This document shows, one piece after another, positions 1 to 9,787 of a DNA stretch of 64,000 nucleotides. The DNA lies in contig JAZDPX010000045.1 of the NCBI GenBank assembly GCA_043797125.1, positions 8,338 through 72,337 on the forward strand. Reading direction: 5' to 3'. The stretch comes from Candidatus Omnitrophota bacterium (lineage in GTDB: Bacteria > Omnitrophota > Gorgyraeia > JABMRG01 > JAFGKX01). A program made the position numbers and the translations under genes. The notes beneath the pieces were generated by a model. That model searched no databases. It saw nothing but the letters and a program-made list of their open reading frames with translations, and was not told the origin of the DNA. How positions within the stretch are numbered: position 1 is the stretch's first letter; each line of letters opens with the position of its first letter.

Positions 1-3000
1 CAATATCAGAGATGCTGTTGCCGCGTAAAGAAAGCACGCCTGCAGTAATAGTCAGGGTGCCGTCTATGGCTAAAGCATTACCTAAACGGAATTCATCTGT
101 GGCGTTAGCAGCATTAATAGTTAAATGATAGTAGTCGCTGGCCCCGAAGTCCTTTATAACATATGGCCCGCTGCCTGCGCCCTTATACTCCCAGATACCG
201 GAATCAATGTCATTGCTATCCCAGGGAATATTTTCGCTACCCACTAGTTTTAAGGTACCATTATTGGTAATAGAAAGGCTGTTAGAATTAGTAACGCTCT
301 GGCCATTAAGGTCTAATGTCCCGGCAGTAATGGTTAAGCCAGCGTCAATTTCTAAGGCGTTACCGCTTAATTGTAAACTGCCTCCGGCTTTATTAATTTC
401 AATGTTTTGGAAATCCCGGCTGTCTCCTGTACCTCCACTATTAATGGTGGCAGCGCTTGCGGTAGTAAAAGTTACTGTCCCGGAAGAAGTAAAACTTCCA
501 TCAGCATTATCCCAGCTGCCGCGCACCGTTACGGCATTTGCTTCTGTGTTAAATGTGCCGTTATTTTCTATGCTATCTAAGCTCACTGCTGCGCCAGGAG
601 TGTAAGTTTTCCCTGAGTCAATCCAAACTTCATAACCCGTATCAAAAGTAAGTAGGCCTCCGGGAAAAGTATAATGTATATCGTCATCCCCAGAGTTATC
701 CGCTGTGGCTAAGAGATTATTAGTCAGTGGCCCGGCTGACTCATGGCGTAGGACAATTTTGCTAGTATACATTTCCAAGCCGGTAATTGAAGCAGCCGTA
801 GAAGCAGACAATGCTTGAGAAATCAGATTCGCCTCATAAGAGCCACTATCATCAATAAATAAAAGAATGGTATCATCTGCGTTGATACTTGCATAAAACC
901 AGAAAAATTTTCCATCTGAATTAGTCACGGCTGTAGTTTTAGCTGCGCCATTTACTGAAAGCCCCACAGTGACATCTGCTCCCACAGTGGCGCTCTTGGC
1001 TTCATCAGTATAAATAGTGCCGGAAATTGTTGGATTAAACTTAGTCACAAAAACATCGTAGTTTCCATTTTGCGTCTCATCATAAGCCCCGGCGGTAGTG
1101 GGATAATTGGTAGCCGCATTATAGGTATAACCGGTGATATAGACATTGCCAGCAGAATCTATGGCAATGCCACGGCCATAGTCATTATCGCTTCCTCCGA
1201 GAAAAGTAGAATAAGTAAGGCTTGCGCCCGTAGAGCTTAATTCACTTAAGAAAGCATCATCAACACCATTGTGTGTAGTGTCGTAGGCGCCGCCAGTAGT
1301 AGGATAATCAATGCCAGCATCAGCAGTATATCCGGTGATATAAGCATTGCCTGAAGAGTCTATGGCAATAGCATAGCCATAGTCGGCACCGCTTCCTCCG
1401 ATAAAAGTAGAATAAGTAAGGGCAGTACCGGTAGAATTAAGCTTGGTCACAAAGACATCATTACTGCCATTATGGATCTCATCATAAGCGCCGCCAGTAG
1501 TAGGATAATCAATGCCAGCATCAGCAGTATATCCGGTGATATAGGCATTACCTGAAGAGTCTATGGCAATAGCATAGCCATAGTCATCGCCACCTCCGCC
1601 GAGAAAAGTCGAATAGACAAGAGTGGTACCAGTAGAATTAATTTTAGTCACAAAGGCATCAACGTTACCATTCTGCCACTGATCATAGGCTCCGCCAGTG
1701 ATGGGATAATCAGTGGCTGCGTCAGCAGTGCGTCCGGTAATATAGGCGCATCCTGAAGAGTCTACAGCGATAGCTAAACCATAATCTTGACCGCTTCCGC
1801 CGAGATAAGTAGAATAAGTTAAAGCGCTACCAGCAGCATTAAGTTTAGTAATAAAGGCATCGACGCTGCCATTATAGACGGTATCATAGGCTCCGGCGGT
1901 AGTAGGATAACCGCCTGTACCGTATCCGGTAATATAGGCACAGCCAGAAGTATCTACGGCAATAGCATAGCCGCGATCAGTACCACCGCTGCCTCCGATA
2001 TAAGTAGAATAGACTAAGGCGGTACCGGTAGAATTAAGCTTGGTCACAAAAACATCTATCCAGCCATTCACTGTAGGATCATAAGCTCCGCTAGTGGTGG
2101 GAAAATCGTCGCTGAATGTATCTCCGGTGATGTAAGCATTGCCCGAAGAATCTATGGCAATGCCGCGTCCGCGGTCAGTATAGCTTCCACCAATAAAGGT
2201 AGAGTAAATAATGGCTGTGCCGGTAGCATTAAGTTTAGTCACAAAAGCGTCGTGGAAATTATTATGTGTCTGATCATAGGCTCCGGCGGTAGTAGGATAA
2301 TCGCTACTTGACGTATATCCGGTAATATATATATTACCGGATGAATCTACTCTCATAGCAAATCCATAGTCACCATTGCCTCCGCCAAGGAGAGTAGAAT
2401 AAGTCAGCGCAGTACCGGTAGAATTGAGCTTGGTTACAAAGACATCATTGCCGCCATTATGCGTCCGGTCATAAGCTCCGACAGTGGTGGGGTAATCTGT
2501 TGCCGCGTCAGCGGTGTAACCGGTGATATAGGCATTGCCGCCCGGGGAATCTATTACTATGCCATAGCCATAGTCATCACCACTTCCTCCGATAAAAGTA
2601 GAATAAGTCAGCGCAGTGCCGGTAGAATTAAACTTGGTCACAAAGACATCATAACCGCCGCCATTATTTGCCTGATAAGGATTCAGGGTGGGAAAGTTTG
2701 TTGAGCCTGTGTATCCTGTTACATAGGCATTCCCTGCGGCATCTATGGCAATGCCACGTCCGTAATCATTACCACTCCCGCCGATAAGAGTAGAATAGGT
2801 AAGCGCAGTGCCGGTAGAATTAAACTTGGTCACAAAGACATCCTCGCCGCCATTATGCGTGGTATCATAAGCGCCTCCGGTAGTGGGATAATCAGTCTCT
2901 GTATCAGCAGTATATCCGGTAATATAGGCATTGCCTGAAGAATCTACGACGATAGCCCTACCATAGTCACCAACAGTTCCAAGCTGACCACGCCCTCCTA

Positions 3001-5902
3001 TAAAAGTAGAGTAAGATAAACTGCTTGCGTCAGCGCTAAACTTAGTTACAACAGCAGTATCGCCATAGCCAAAAGTATCATAGGCTCCACTAGTGGTGGG
3101 ATAATCATAGCTATGCGCATATCCGCTGATATAAGCATTGCCTGCGGAATCTATGGCTAAAGCATATACTTCATCTTGCGCAGAGCTATAACTCCCTCCG
3201 ATAAAAGTAGAGTAGCCTAACGTAGGATCAATCACAAGAGGGTAATTCGTGTCATAATTATTTACACTAAATCCATAGCTATTATCCGAAAGCAGGATGA
3301 ATCCAGCGCTAACTTCCTGCTTTATCCCGGCAATATTCTGATAAGCATAGGGCTTGGCTTCTTTTAACTGGCCAAACTCAGTATCAATGATGAGGTTGCC
3401 GGATTCGTCAATGATTAAACTATTTACTCCTTCATAACCTAACTTTATATTTGCGTAATCTGCTCCGGAAGCTACTACAAATTCTGATTCTAAGTTTCCG
3501 TTTTTAGAGCTATAACTTAAATCCACTCCCTCATAGAGCCCCTGATAGATAATCTTATAATAGGAAGCGATATTGGTTTGGTGCTGACTAGAGTCATTAC
3601 CGATGAGGTAGTTAAAGATGGTGTTGGTAGATAGGCCGGGGGTTATCGAACTAGAGGAACTTGCGCCAAGGAAGCTCAGCCGGATATTTAATATATTGTA
3701 AGATTCTACGCTATTCTGTTGAGAGAGGCTATAAAGGATAAATTGATTTGTAAAGTAAATACGGCTCTCTTTAAAATAAATATAGAACTTAACTTGGGAA
3801 TCAGAGATCTGGCCCTGATTAGCAATAAAGTAAAGCGGGATGGAGCCAAGGTTAAGCTCGCCGTAACTTACTTCGCCAGAAGGTTTATCAACATCTATGT
3901 TGCCATAGATAGTGCCTGCGGAGTAATCAATGCGCTGGTTGCCCTCGCCCGCTAAACTGATATCTGCGTATATCCAGGAATTGGGATTCTGTAAAATGAG
4001 ATCACCTTTTAAAAAAACCTTGGAGGCTAAATCAGCGCTGCTGCCAAAAGAAGTATAGCTTTCGCCTTTAATAGTTAAATCTCCGCTAATAGTAAGGCTG
4101 CGCCTTAAGGTAATGGTACCTGTGTAGCCATCTATGGTAAATTGAGCGACTGTGCCTTGGAATGTCGCGTCAATTATTGAGTCTTTGTTTGTTTGAGGGT
4201 ATTGAGAGGTATTACCGTTAAATGTAACTATTGAATATTGGGTGGGGATTGTGCCTGTGTCCCAGTTGTTTGGGTCTGACCAGTTTTGCGTTTGGCCTTG
4301 GCCTGTCCAGATGGGGTCTAGATCCCAGTTGGTATTATTGCCAAGAGAGTCAGAATGTATTGCTTTAATAGGTGGAGCTCTGTTGTCTATACCGGGAGCT
4401 CTTGCGTTGTAACAATCCTGTATTAATATGTATGCTATATCAGTCTCGCCTTCCGGAATAATGCTATATTGCTTACCCGGTATTAAGGATTTTAACTTAA
4501 GGAGTTCGGCATATTTACCTTTTAAGGTTAATATGCCTTTTATGGTCTGGGTTGTGTCCGGGTCAAACTTAACTTCTTTGTTGGGTTCTTGGATGGTCAG
4601 GTTATTGAATGTGTTTGAACCTTTTATTATTGTTGGTTTAGCTGATATAAAGAAGAAGTTTGAGCTTTGTGGGATAAAGTTACCAAAGCCGTTTAAGTCT
4701 TTAGATACTTCATAGATGGCGTTATTGGCATTTATTGTTACGCCGTAATCTATTGTTAATGAGCCTTGGGTTATTATTGCAGAGTTTGGATATTGATTAT
4801 AAACAGCTGGAGCGCCTGCCGGCTTAAAGGTAATATCGCCTGCTGATACAATATTGGCAATATGGCTTTCGCCTGAAGATTGTAAGGTAATATCGCCGTA
4901 TGTGGTGGTTTTAATGGTGGCGTTAGGTGCTTGTTGTATCGAGCCTTCGCCGTTAAGATCGTTATCAGCAAGGATGTTGAGGTCGCCGGAGTCTACTGTT
5001 AAATCATCATTGATGTGTATGTCTTTATCTGATGCTATGGTTGTATCGCCGCTAAATTCGCCTGAGGCTTGAATGTCCTGGTTTGCTACTAACTTAATTA
5101 CGCCGTCTTCTTCTACTAGCTTAGTTGCCTTAACTATACCTGTGTTATTTACCGCATATTCAAAGATATCGTCCGCGGTTTTGGCGGACATAAATACCTG
5201 ATGGCCAACAAGCTCGCCTGAGTTCTTTATTTGATCTTTTACTGTGTTGCCTTCGGAATCGATTATTTTTTCAGTTACTTCTTCATTTACCTCAACTGAC
5301 ATCAGGGCTTGCGCATCAATGCTAACAGTTACCCTAACTCCGCATGATAGAGTCACTACTCCTAATTTAGCTGTAATTATGCCTGAATTATCAACCGCTC
5401 CTGCTAATAAAGCTGCGTTGCTTTCAGTTTCTATTCGGCCTTGATTTTTAATTAAAGCTGGGGCTACGCTCTTTTCTTGATCAAATATATAATTTGCTTC
5501 TATAAAGTTATTTGTTGATATATCCAGCGTCGAGGCTACAAGGGAGCCTGCATTAACACTGGCTGTGTCATGGAAATTAATGCCATTGGGGTTTGTTAAA
5601 AAAAGAATCCCGTTAGCATTGAGTGAGCCGTATATGTTTGTAGGATCTGAATCTAATATTCTGCTTAAAAGGGTTGCGTCCTGGGAAGGTTGGATAAAGT
5701 TTACTGTTTCATTGGTTTGAATATCAAAGGAATTAAAATTAATAACTGTCTTATCGTCTGCTGTTATATTAAGGGTAGTTTGATCCTGCTGGAAAGTCGC
5801 GCTGCCTTCTTCTATATTCCAGCCCTGCGGGAGGGCATATAATAGGCTAACAGAATGAAAACTAAATAAATATATAAGTATAAATATTATTTTATTTTTC
5901 AT
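1..5902 (-). CDS. Large TpsA-like (filamentous-haemagglutinin-type) secreted exoprotein, partial (C-terminus beyond left window edge); signal peptide + TPS secretion domain + beta-helix region + ~20 SBBP beta-propeller repeats
   Basis: Minus-strand ATG at 5902 (revcomp of cat 5900-5902). Translation starts MKNKIIFILIYLFSFHSVSLLYALPQGWNIEEGSATFQQDQTTLNITADDKTVINFNSFDIQTNETVNFIQPS...LNANGILFLTNPNGINF, a classic TPS/haemagg_act domain with NPNG motif. Sampled downstream segments stay open in the same frame. The ORF track lists no minus ORF starting at 5902, which implies no in-frame stop down to position 1. Region ~600-3250 encodes repeated units such as YDEIHNGSNDVFVTKLNSTGTALTYSTFIGGSGADYGYAIAIDSSGNAYITGYTADAGIDYPTTGGA (SBBP repeat signature). 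Confidence 0.8.
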   Translation of the reverse strand, partial: MKNKIIFILIYLFSFHSVSLLYALPQGWNIEEGSATFQQDQTTLNITADDKTVINFNSFDIQTNETVNFIQPSQDATLLSRILDSDPTNIYGSLNANGILFLTNPNGINFHDTASVNAGSLVASTLDISTNNFIEANYIFDQEKSVAPALIKNQGRIETESNAALLAGAVDNSGIITAKLGVVTLSCGVRVTVSIDAQALMSVEVNEEVTEKIIDSEGNTVKDQIKNSGELVGHQVFMSAKTADDIFEYAVNNTGIVKATKLVEEDGVIKLVANQDIQASGEFSGDTTIASDKDIHINDDLTVDSGDLNILADNDLNGEGSIQQAPNATIKTTTYGDITLQSSGESHIANIVSAGDITFKPAGAPAVYNQYPNSAIITQGSLTIDYGVTINANNAIYEVSKDLNGFGNFIPQSSNFFFISAKPTIIKGSNTFNNLTIQEPNKEVKFDPDTTQTIKGILTLKGKYAELLKLKSLIPGKQYSIIPEGETDIAYILIQDCYNARAPGIDNRAPPIKAIHSDSLGNNTNWDLDPIWTGQGQTQNWSDPNNWDTGTIPTQYSIVTFNGNTSQYPQTNKDSIIDATFQGTVAQFTIDGYTGTITLRRSLTISGDLTIKGESYTSFGSSADLASKVFLKGDLILQNPNSWIYADISLAGEGNQRIDYSAGTIYGNIDVDKPSGEVSYGELNLGSIPLYFIANQGQISDSQVKFYIYFKESRIYFTNQFILYSLSQQNSVESYNILNIRLSFLGASSSSSITPGLSTNTIFNYLIGNDSSQHQTNIASYYKIIYQGLYEGVDLSYSSKNGNLESEFVVASGADYANIKLGYEGVNSLIIDESGNLIIDTEFGQLKEAKPYAYQNIAGIKQEVSAGFILLSDNSYGFSVNNYDTNYPLVIDPTLGYSTFIGGSYSSAQDEVYALAIDSAGNAYISGYAHSYDYPTTSGAYDTFGYGDTAVVTKFSADASSLSYSTFIGGRGQLGTVGDYGRAIVVDSSGNAYITGYTADTETDYPTTGGAYDTTHNGGEDVFVTKFNSTGTALTYSTLIGGSGNDYGRGIAIDAAGNAYVTGYTGSTNFPTLNPYQANNGGGYDVFVTKFNSTGTALTYSTFIGGSGDDYGYGIVIDSPGGNAYITGYTADAATDYPTTVGAYDRTHNGGNDVFVTKLNSTGTALTYSTLLGGGNGDYGFAMRVDSSGNIYITGYTSSSDYPTTAGAYDQTHNNFHDAFVTKLNATGTAIIYSTFIGGSYTDRGRGIAIDSSGNAYITGDTFSDDFPTTSGAYDPTVNGWIDVFVTKLNSTGTALVYSTYIGGSGGTDRGYAIAVDTSGCAYITGYGTGGYPTTAGAYDTVYNGSVDAFITKLNAAGSALTYSTYLGGSGQDYGLAIAVDSSGCAYITGRTADAATDYPITGGAYDQWQNGNVDAFVTKINSTGTTLVYSTFLGGGGDDYGYAIAIDSSGNAYITGYTADAGIDYPTTGGAYDEIHNGSNDVFVTKLNSTGTALTYSTFIGGSGADYGYAIAIDSSGNAYITGYTADAGIDYPTTGGAYDTTHNGVDDAFLSELSSTGASLTYSTFLGGSDNDYGRGIAIDSAGNVYITGYTYNAATNYPTTAGAYDETQNGNYDVFVTKFNPTISGTIYTDEAKSATVGADVTVGLSVNGAAKTTAVTNSDGKFFWFYASINADDTILLFIDDSGSYEANLISQALSASTAASITGLEMYTSKIVLRHESAGPLTNNLLATADNSGDDDIHYTFPGGLLTFDTGYEVWIDSGKTYTPGAAVSLDSIENNGTFNTEANAVTVRGSWDNADGSFTSSGTVTFTTASAATINSGGTGDSRDFQNIEINKAGGSLQLSGNALEIDAGLTITAGTLDLNGQSVTNSNSLSITNNGTLKLVGSENIPWDSNDIDSGIWEYKGAGSGPYVIKDFGASDYYHLTINAANATDEFRLGNALAIDGTLTITAGVLSLRGNSISDI
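600..3250 (-). repeat. Tandem ~120-123 nt coding repeats (about 20 units) encoding SBBP-type beta-propeller repeats inside the TpsA-like gene
   Basis: Near-identical nucleotide units recur directly in the sequence, e.g. ...ggctccgccagtagtaggataatc...gcagtatatccggtgatata(a/g)gcattgcc...gaatctatggcaat...gtagaataagt.... Each unit translates on the minus strand to the Asp/Gly/Tyr-rich SBBP motif. Confidence 0.85.
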
Positions 5903-5949
5903 GCCACTATATACACCATTATATATATTAAAACGCGCAAAATCAATGT

Positions 5950-7173
5950 TTAAAGCATTGAAAAATGGCAATTGCTTACATTTTTAGCAACAGCGCCTGT
6001 GCGCTTTGATTGAGAAATTATAAGCCCTTTTCTGCTAAGCTTGCCTGATAGTTTTTGCCAGGTTTTTAGCGAGGCAGCGTGTTGTGTTGAAATTGTAGAG
6101 GATAACTTAATCTCTATGGGGAAAATCCCCTTTGCCGTCTCGATTAAAAGATCTACTTCAAAACCATCCACGCTCCTCCAAAAATACAGTGAGCAGGGAT
6201 CCTGAAAAGCGGAAAAACGTTTTACAAATTCGGTTATGCATGCTGTCTCGAATAACGCGCCTGCCATTGGGCCCTGCAACAGGTGGTCTTCGTTCTGCAG
6301 GCCAACCAAATAGGCCACAAGCCCGGTATCTAAAAAATAGCATTTTGGAGCTTTTATAATCCTTTTGCCGAAATTCTTATGATACGGGTACAACAGATAA
6401 ATAATAGAGCTTGCCTCTAAAAACGACACCCATGATTTTATTGTGGGAACCGTTACCCCTATTTCACGCGATAAAACAGAATAATTAAGTTCTTGCGCTG
6501 TTCGCGCAGCCAAAAGCCTTAGAAATCTTTCAAATTCATTAAGATTAGCTGTTTTTATGTTGCCCCTTACATCTCTATCAATATATGTCTGCACATAACT
6601 TGAAAACCATGTTTTTCTGGATATCTTTTTATTAACAAAAAGTTCGGGGTACCCACCCTGTAAAAGCCATTTACCTGCGCTGGGGTATTTCGCCGGAGGT
6701 TTTGTAGGGTTAATTAAAAAATTAATAAAATCCAAAGCATCTGATTTGTTTAATTTTAGGTCTTTTCTCATCTCAAACAGCGCAAAAGGATAAAGCGGTA
6801 ATACCGCAATTCTGCCTGCTAATGATTCGCTTACATTTCGCATCACCGGAAACTGCTGCGAGCCTGTTAAAACATAGCTGCCGGGTTTTCTGTTTTTGTC
6901 AATTTTTGCTTTAACATAAGGCAGTATTTGCGCGGCATTTTGAATCTCGTCGATTACGAGCGGCTGCTGGTACCTCTCCAGAAAACCTCTCGGATCTTCA
7001 ATGGCAAATGACCTGATATCTAACTCGTCCAATGAAACATAATTGTACTTTTTGCCTAAAACGTGTTTTACAAGAGTTGTTTTCCCTGATTGGCGGGGCC
7101 CCGTTACAAGGGCGGCGGGAAAGGTTTTTATGGAGTCCTTTAATGCCTTTTCTAGTAATCTGGTAATATACAT
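5950..7173 (-). CDS. AAA+ ATPase with DUF4143-type C-terminal domain (COG1373-like predicted ATPase), copy 1
   Basis: 407 aa. Walker A is GPRQSGKTTL near the N-terminus, followed by Walker B-like LVIDEIQ. Overall architecture matches the archaeal-type AAA_14/DUF4143 ATPases. It sits between the tpsB-like and tpsA-like genes. Confidence 0.75.
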   Translation of the reverse strand: MYITRLLEKALKDSIKTFPAALVTGPRQSGKTTLVKHVLGKKYNYVSLDELDIRSFAIEDPRGFLERYQQPLVIDEIQNAAQILPYVKAKIDKNRKPGSYVLTGSQQFPVMRNVSESLAGRIAVLPLYPFALFEMRKDLKLNKSDALDFINFLINPTKPPAKYPSAGKWLLQGGYPELFVNKKISRKTWFSSYVQTYIDRDVRGNIKTANLNEFERFLRLLAARTAQELNYSVLSREIGVTVPTIKSWVSFLEASSIIYLLYPYHKNFGKRIIKAPKCYFLDTGLVAYLVGLQNEDHLLQGPMAGALFETACITEFVKRFSAFQDPCSLYFWRSVDGFEVDLLIETAKGIFPIEIKLSSTISTQHAASLKTWQKLSGKLSRKGLIISQSKRTGAVAKNVSNCHFSML

Positions 7174-7180
7174 ATCTACT

Positions 7181-7208
7181 ATTTTAAAGTATTACTTTAA
7201 AATGTCAA
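7181..7208 (-). promoter_or_regulatory. Candidate sigma70-like promoter for AAA+ ATPase copy 1 (TTGACA-N16-TAAAAT), -10 ends 7 nt before the ATG, so the transcript may be leaderless
   Basis: Minus-strand reading is aaaacacTTGACAttttaaagtaatacttTAAAATagtagatATG. No Shine-Dalgarno sequence lies between the -10 and the ATG. Confidence 0.3.
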
Positions 7209-7247
7209 GTGTTTTTTCCTTTTCAAAATTTTTCCCTGTACCTGGCA

Positions 7248-8987
7248 CTACACTTCTATCTGCAGCGCAAACGTAAAAGTGCTCGCCCCGGCTCCGGAGA
7301 TAGGCTTATTATCATCCATTTTTATCGCGTCTGCCCATTCGAGGCGAAGATAAAAATTGTCCGAAAAGCGGCACCTTACGCCGCCGCCTAAACCCATTAA
7401 AAACTTTTCTTTTTTAGTCTCACTTACTGTTGGATTTATAATCCCGGCATAGCCAAAATCGGCAAAAAGCACAGGCTGTATCTGTTTCTGCAAAGGCGCG
7501 TCTTGGCCTCTTACCTTCCATTGCTTGGGAATAAGATACATTGGAAATATCCAATCAATATTTAAATTTGCCCCGTAATCTCCGAGGAAGTCGCCTTCGG
7601 GAAAGCCCCTTACAGAATTTGCGCCGCCTAACTGAAATTGCTCCGCGGACGCAAGCGTGTGCGATGCAAGCTGAAGCCTTGAGCGCATTGCAATATAGCT
7701 GTCAAAAGGCATTAATTGAATGCGCCTTATAGAGTGTTCGTATTTAACAAAGGCCTTACCCGAGCCGTCCCTGCTTAATGTATTCTCATTGCGATTAGAC
7801 GCCCCTAAAAAATGCTCCGTGCCAAAGGTAAGCCTCGGAGCAAATACGGTCTGGCCTCCGAGGAAATCGTTTGCCGTAAAATCAAAACCAATATACGGCG
7901 AGCGCATCTCATCGTTAGTCGTAAGGTTATCCGCCATATATTTTTTTATGCTTTTTATTTCCAACCCTGCGTCTATATAGGCTTGAAATTTCTCTGACAA
8001 ATAAAGTTCTTTTGTAATATGCGGAGTAAGCATTTTTGTATTGCCTGTGATATCAAGGTATTTATATTCTTTCCCCACTCTCATAAAAAAATATACGGCA
8101 TCAAGCCCGAATTTTGTGCCGTAGGTATCAATCGGCAAAGAATAGCTTAAAGACTCGCCTAAAGAATCTTTAGTTGCAAGACTGCTTATGTATACGGAAT
8201 CCATTCGATTCAGCATATTTGAACTGCGCACGGAAACCGAATCTCTCCATCTTCCCACAAGCCTCGTTCCCTGGTTATCGCAGGAATTGCCGATATGGTG
8301 CGGGACGCTATCCGCAACCTTTAATGTAACATCTGATGTGCCTGGTTCCTTGCCGGCAGAAAGCATCGCCCTTATCGCGAGGTCGGGATTTTGGTTTAGA
8401 CTTAATATGTCTTTCTGGACCTTGTTGATATTTAAAATTTTATTTTTTGCCGTGTGAAAATACTTTTTAAGCAGGCCCACTGTAAACCATTTGTTGCCGT
8501 CTATAATTAACTCGCCCATCTTGCCTTCAGCCGCCGCGATTTCTATGTTACCGTCTTTTATCTCCTGCTCCGGTATATACGCGGTGCTGGTGATATAACC
8601 TTCCTGTTTATATTTTAATTTTATCTTATCAATTATAACCTGGAGGCCTTGAAAGGTTACCTGCTTATCAATATAGGGTTTATAGAGCGGAGCGAGGTCT
8701 TTTTCGCTAAAAATGGTGGAGCCCGTTATCTTAACCGATTTTAGGACAAAGGACGGGCCTTCCTGGGGAGGCTGCGGCTTTTCTTCTTCTACTTGTATTT
8801 CCGGGGTTTCGGCCTTTTCTTTCTCGAGTTGCTGTTTTTTCTGCTGCTGTTCTTCGTCAAAGCGCTCGGCCTGCGCGCCTATATCCTGGCCCGGGGGCTC
8901 TTGAGCAAAAGAAGGGCTAAGAAAAGAAAAAAACAAAGAAACTATAAACAATAAGATAAATATGCTTATGTGTTGAAGCTTAGTCAT
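7248..8987 (-). CDS. Two-partner secretion outer-membrane transporter TpsB (ShlB/FhaC/HecB family, POTRA + beta-barrel)
   Basis: 579 aa with an N-terminal signal peptide. POTRA-like segment: SFVLKSVKITGSTIFSEKDLAPLYKPYIDKQVTFQGLQVIIDKIKLKYKQEGYITSTAYIPEQ. C-terminal beta-barrel region ends in an aromatic residue pattern (...TFTFALQIEV). Same orientation as and upstream of the TpsA-like gene. Confidence 0.85.
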   Translation of the reverse strand: MTKLQHISIFILLFIVSLFFSFLSPSFAQEPPGQDIGAQAERFDEEQQQKKQQLEKEKAETPEIQVEEEKPQPPQEGPSFVLKSVKITGSTIFSEKDLAPLYKPYIDKQVTFQGLQVIIDKIKLKYKQEGYITSTAYIPEQEIKDGNIEIAAAEGKMGELIIDGNKWFTVGLLKKYFHTAKNKILNINKVQKDILSLNQNPDLAIRAMLSAGKEPGTSDVTLKVADSVPHHIGNSCDNQGTRLVGRWRDSVSVRSSNMLNRMDSVYISSLATKDSLGESLSYSLPIDTYGTKFGLDAVYFFMRVGKEYKYLDITGNTKMLTPHITKELYLSEKFQAYIDAGLEIKSIKKYMADNLTTNDEMRSPYIGFDFTANDFLGGQTVFAPRLTFGTEHFLGASNRNENTLSRDGSGKAFVKYEHSIRRIQLMPFDSYIAMRSRLQLASHTLASAEQFQLGGANSVRGFPEGDFLGDYGANLNIDWIFPMYLIPKQWKVRGQDAPLQKQIQPVLFADFGYAGIINPTVSETKKEKFLMGLGGGVRCRFSDNFYLRLEWADAIKMDDNKPISGAGASTFTFALQIEV

Positions 8988-9595
8988 ATATTATATATTA
9001 AAGCAATTTGCTTTCTTGTCAAGTATTTTGTCCTGCGCTTAAGCAGCCTTGAGGCAAGGATTATTTTCGCCTCTCTTTCCGCCATTATAGCCCTCAAACC
9101 GGCCTCTTTTAAGCTTGCGCCGACCGTCACCAGGCCGTGGTTTTTCAAAATAATACCGTTGTGTTTTTTCGCGGCGCAAGCGGCTATTGCCGCTAATTTT
9201 TTGCTGCCAGGCTGCGCAAACCCGACTTGCCTAATTCCGCTTTTGAAATATATTACGCAATCTATTGTTACGGGATTTAGCTTCTCGCCCATAGCCGCAA
9301 GCGCAAGAATCGCAACAGGATGCGTGTGCACAACCGCTTTTATATCAGGCCTTGCTTTGTAGCAGGCGCTGTGCAATTTCCACTCAATACTTACTTGTTT
9401 TATCTTTTTTATATCAACAAAATCCCGCGGCTTTGCATTCTTAAAGCTTGTCCCGCTTTTTTTAATATAGATAGCGCTTGCGCAGCGCGCGCTTATATTG
9501 CCGCTTACCGCGGCAACCAGACCCTCTCCTGCAAGCTCTCTTGCGCACTTCGCCAGCTGCTTTTTTATATCTTGCGCTTTCGTGTTCATGTTCAT
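8984..9595 (-). CDS. Class II aldolase/adducin-family protein
   Basis: 203 aa. Has the HTHPVAILALA motif and the overall similarity pattern of L-fuculose-phosphate aldolase / methylthioribulose-phosphate dehydratase-like enzymes. Its stop overlaps the tpsB-like start by 4 nt. An upstream TGgTAAAAT extended -10 lies 7 nt before the ATG. Confidence 0.7.
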   Translation of the reverse strand: MNMNTKAQDIKKQLAKCARELAGEGLVAAVSGNISARCASAIYIKKSGTSFKNAKPRDFVDIKKIKQVSIEWKLHSACYKARPDIKAVVHTHPVAILALAAMGEKLNPVTIDCVIYFKSGIRQVGFAQPGSKKLAAIAACAAKKHNGIILKNHGLVTVGASLKEAGLRAIMAEREAKIILASRLLKRRTKYLTRKQIALIYNI

Positions 9596-9638
9596 GGTCT
9601 AAATTTTACCACACATCCCTCCCTCCCGCAACATAAAT

Positions 9639-9697
9639 GGGGACGGTTCACCCCTGAGCGTGGGGACAGTTCACCCTCGTGCTTGGAAACTGTCCCC
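9639..9697. repeat. Upstream REP-like doublet flanking the transposase: GGGGACGGTTCACCCC (9639-9654), GGGGACAGTTCACCC (9662-9676), plus partner AACTGTCCCC (9688-9697) forming a hairpin followed by a T-run
   Basis: Read directly from the sequence. These are inverted relative to the two downstream copies (GGGGTGAACCGTCCCC). Confidence 0.8.
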
Positions 9698-9787
9698 TGC
9701 AAAATTTAGTGTCTTTTTTTAAAATTATTTGCCTAAAAAAATCGTCTATTATAGTGAGGGGTAAAATAAAAAAGGAGGGATATAGCC

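Noticed and set aside
207-5444. Small plus-strand ORFs in the first 5.9 kb (207..605, 2459..2704, 3719..3955, 4428..4715, 4854..5072, 5244..5444)
   Set aside because: They all lie antisense to the continuous TpsA-like minus-strand frame. The repetitive Gly/Ala/Thr-rich coding sequence naturally produces open antisense frames.
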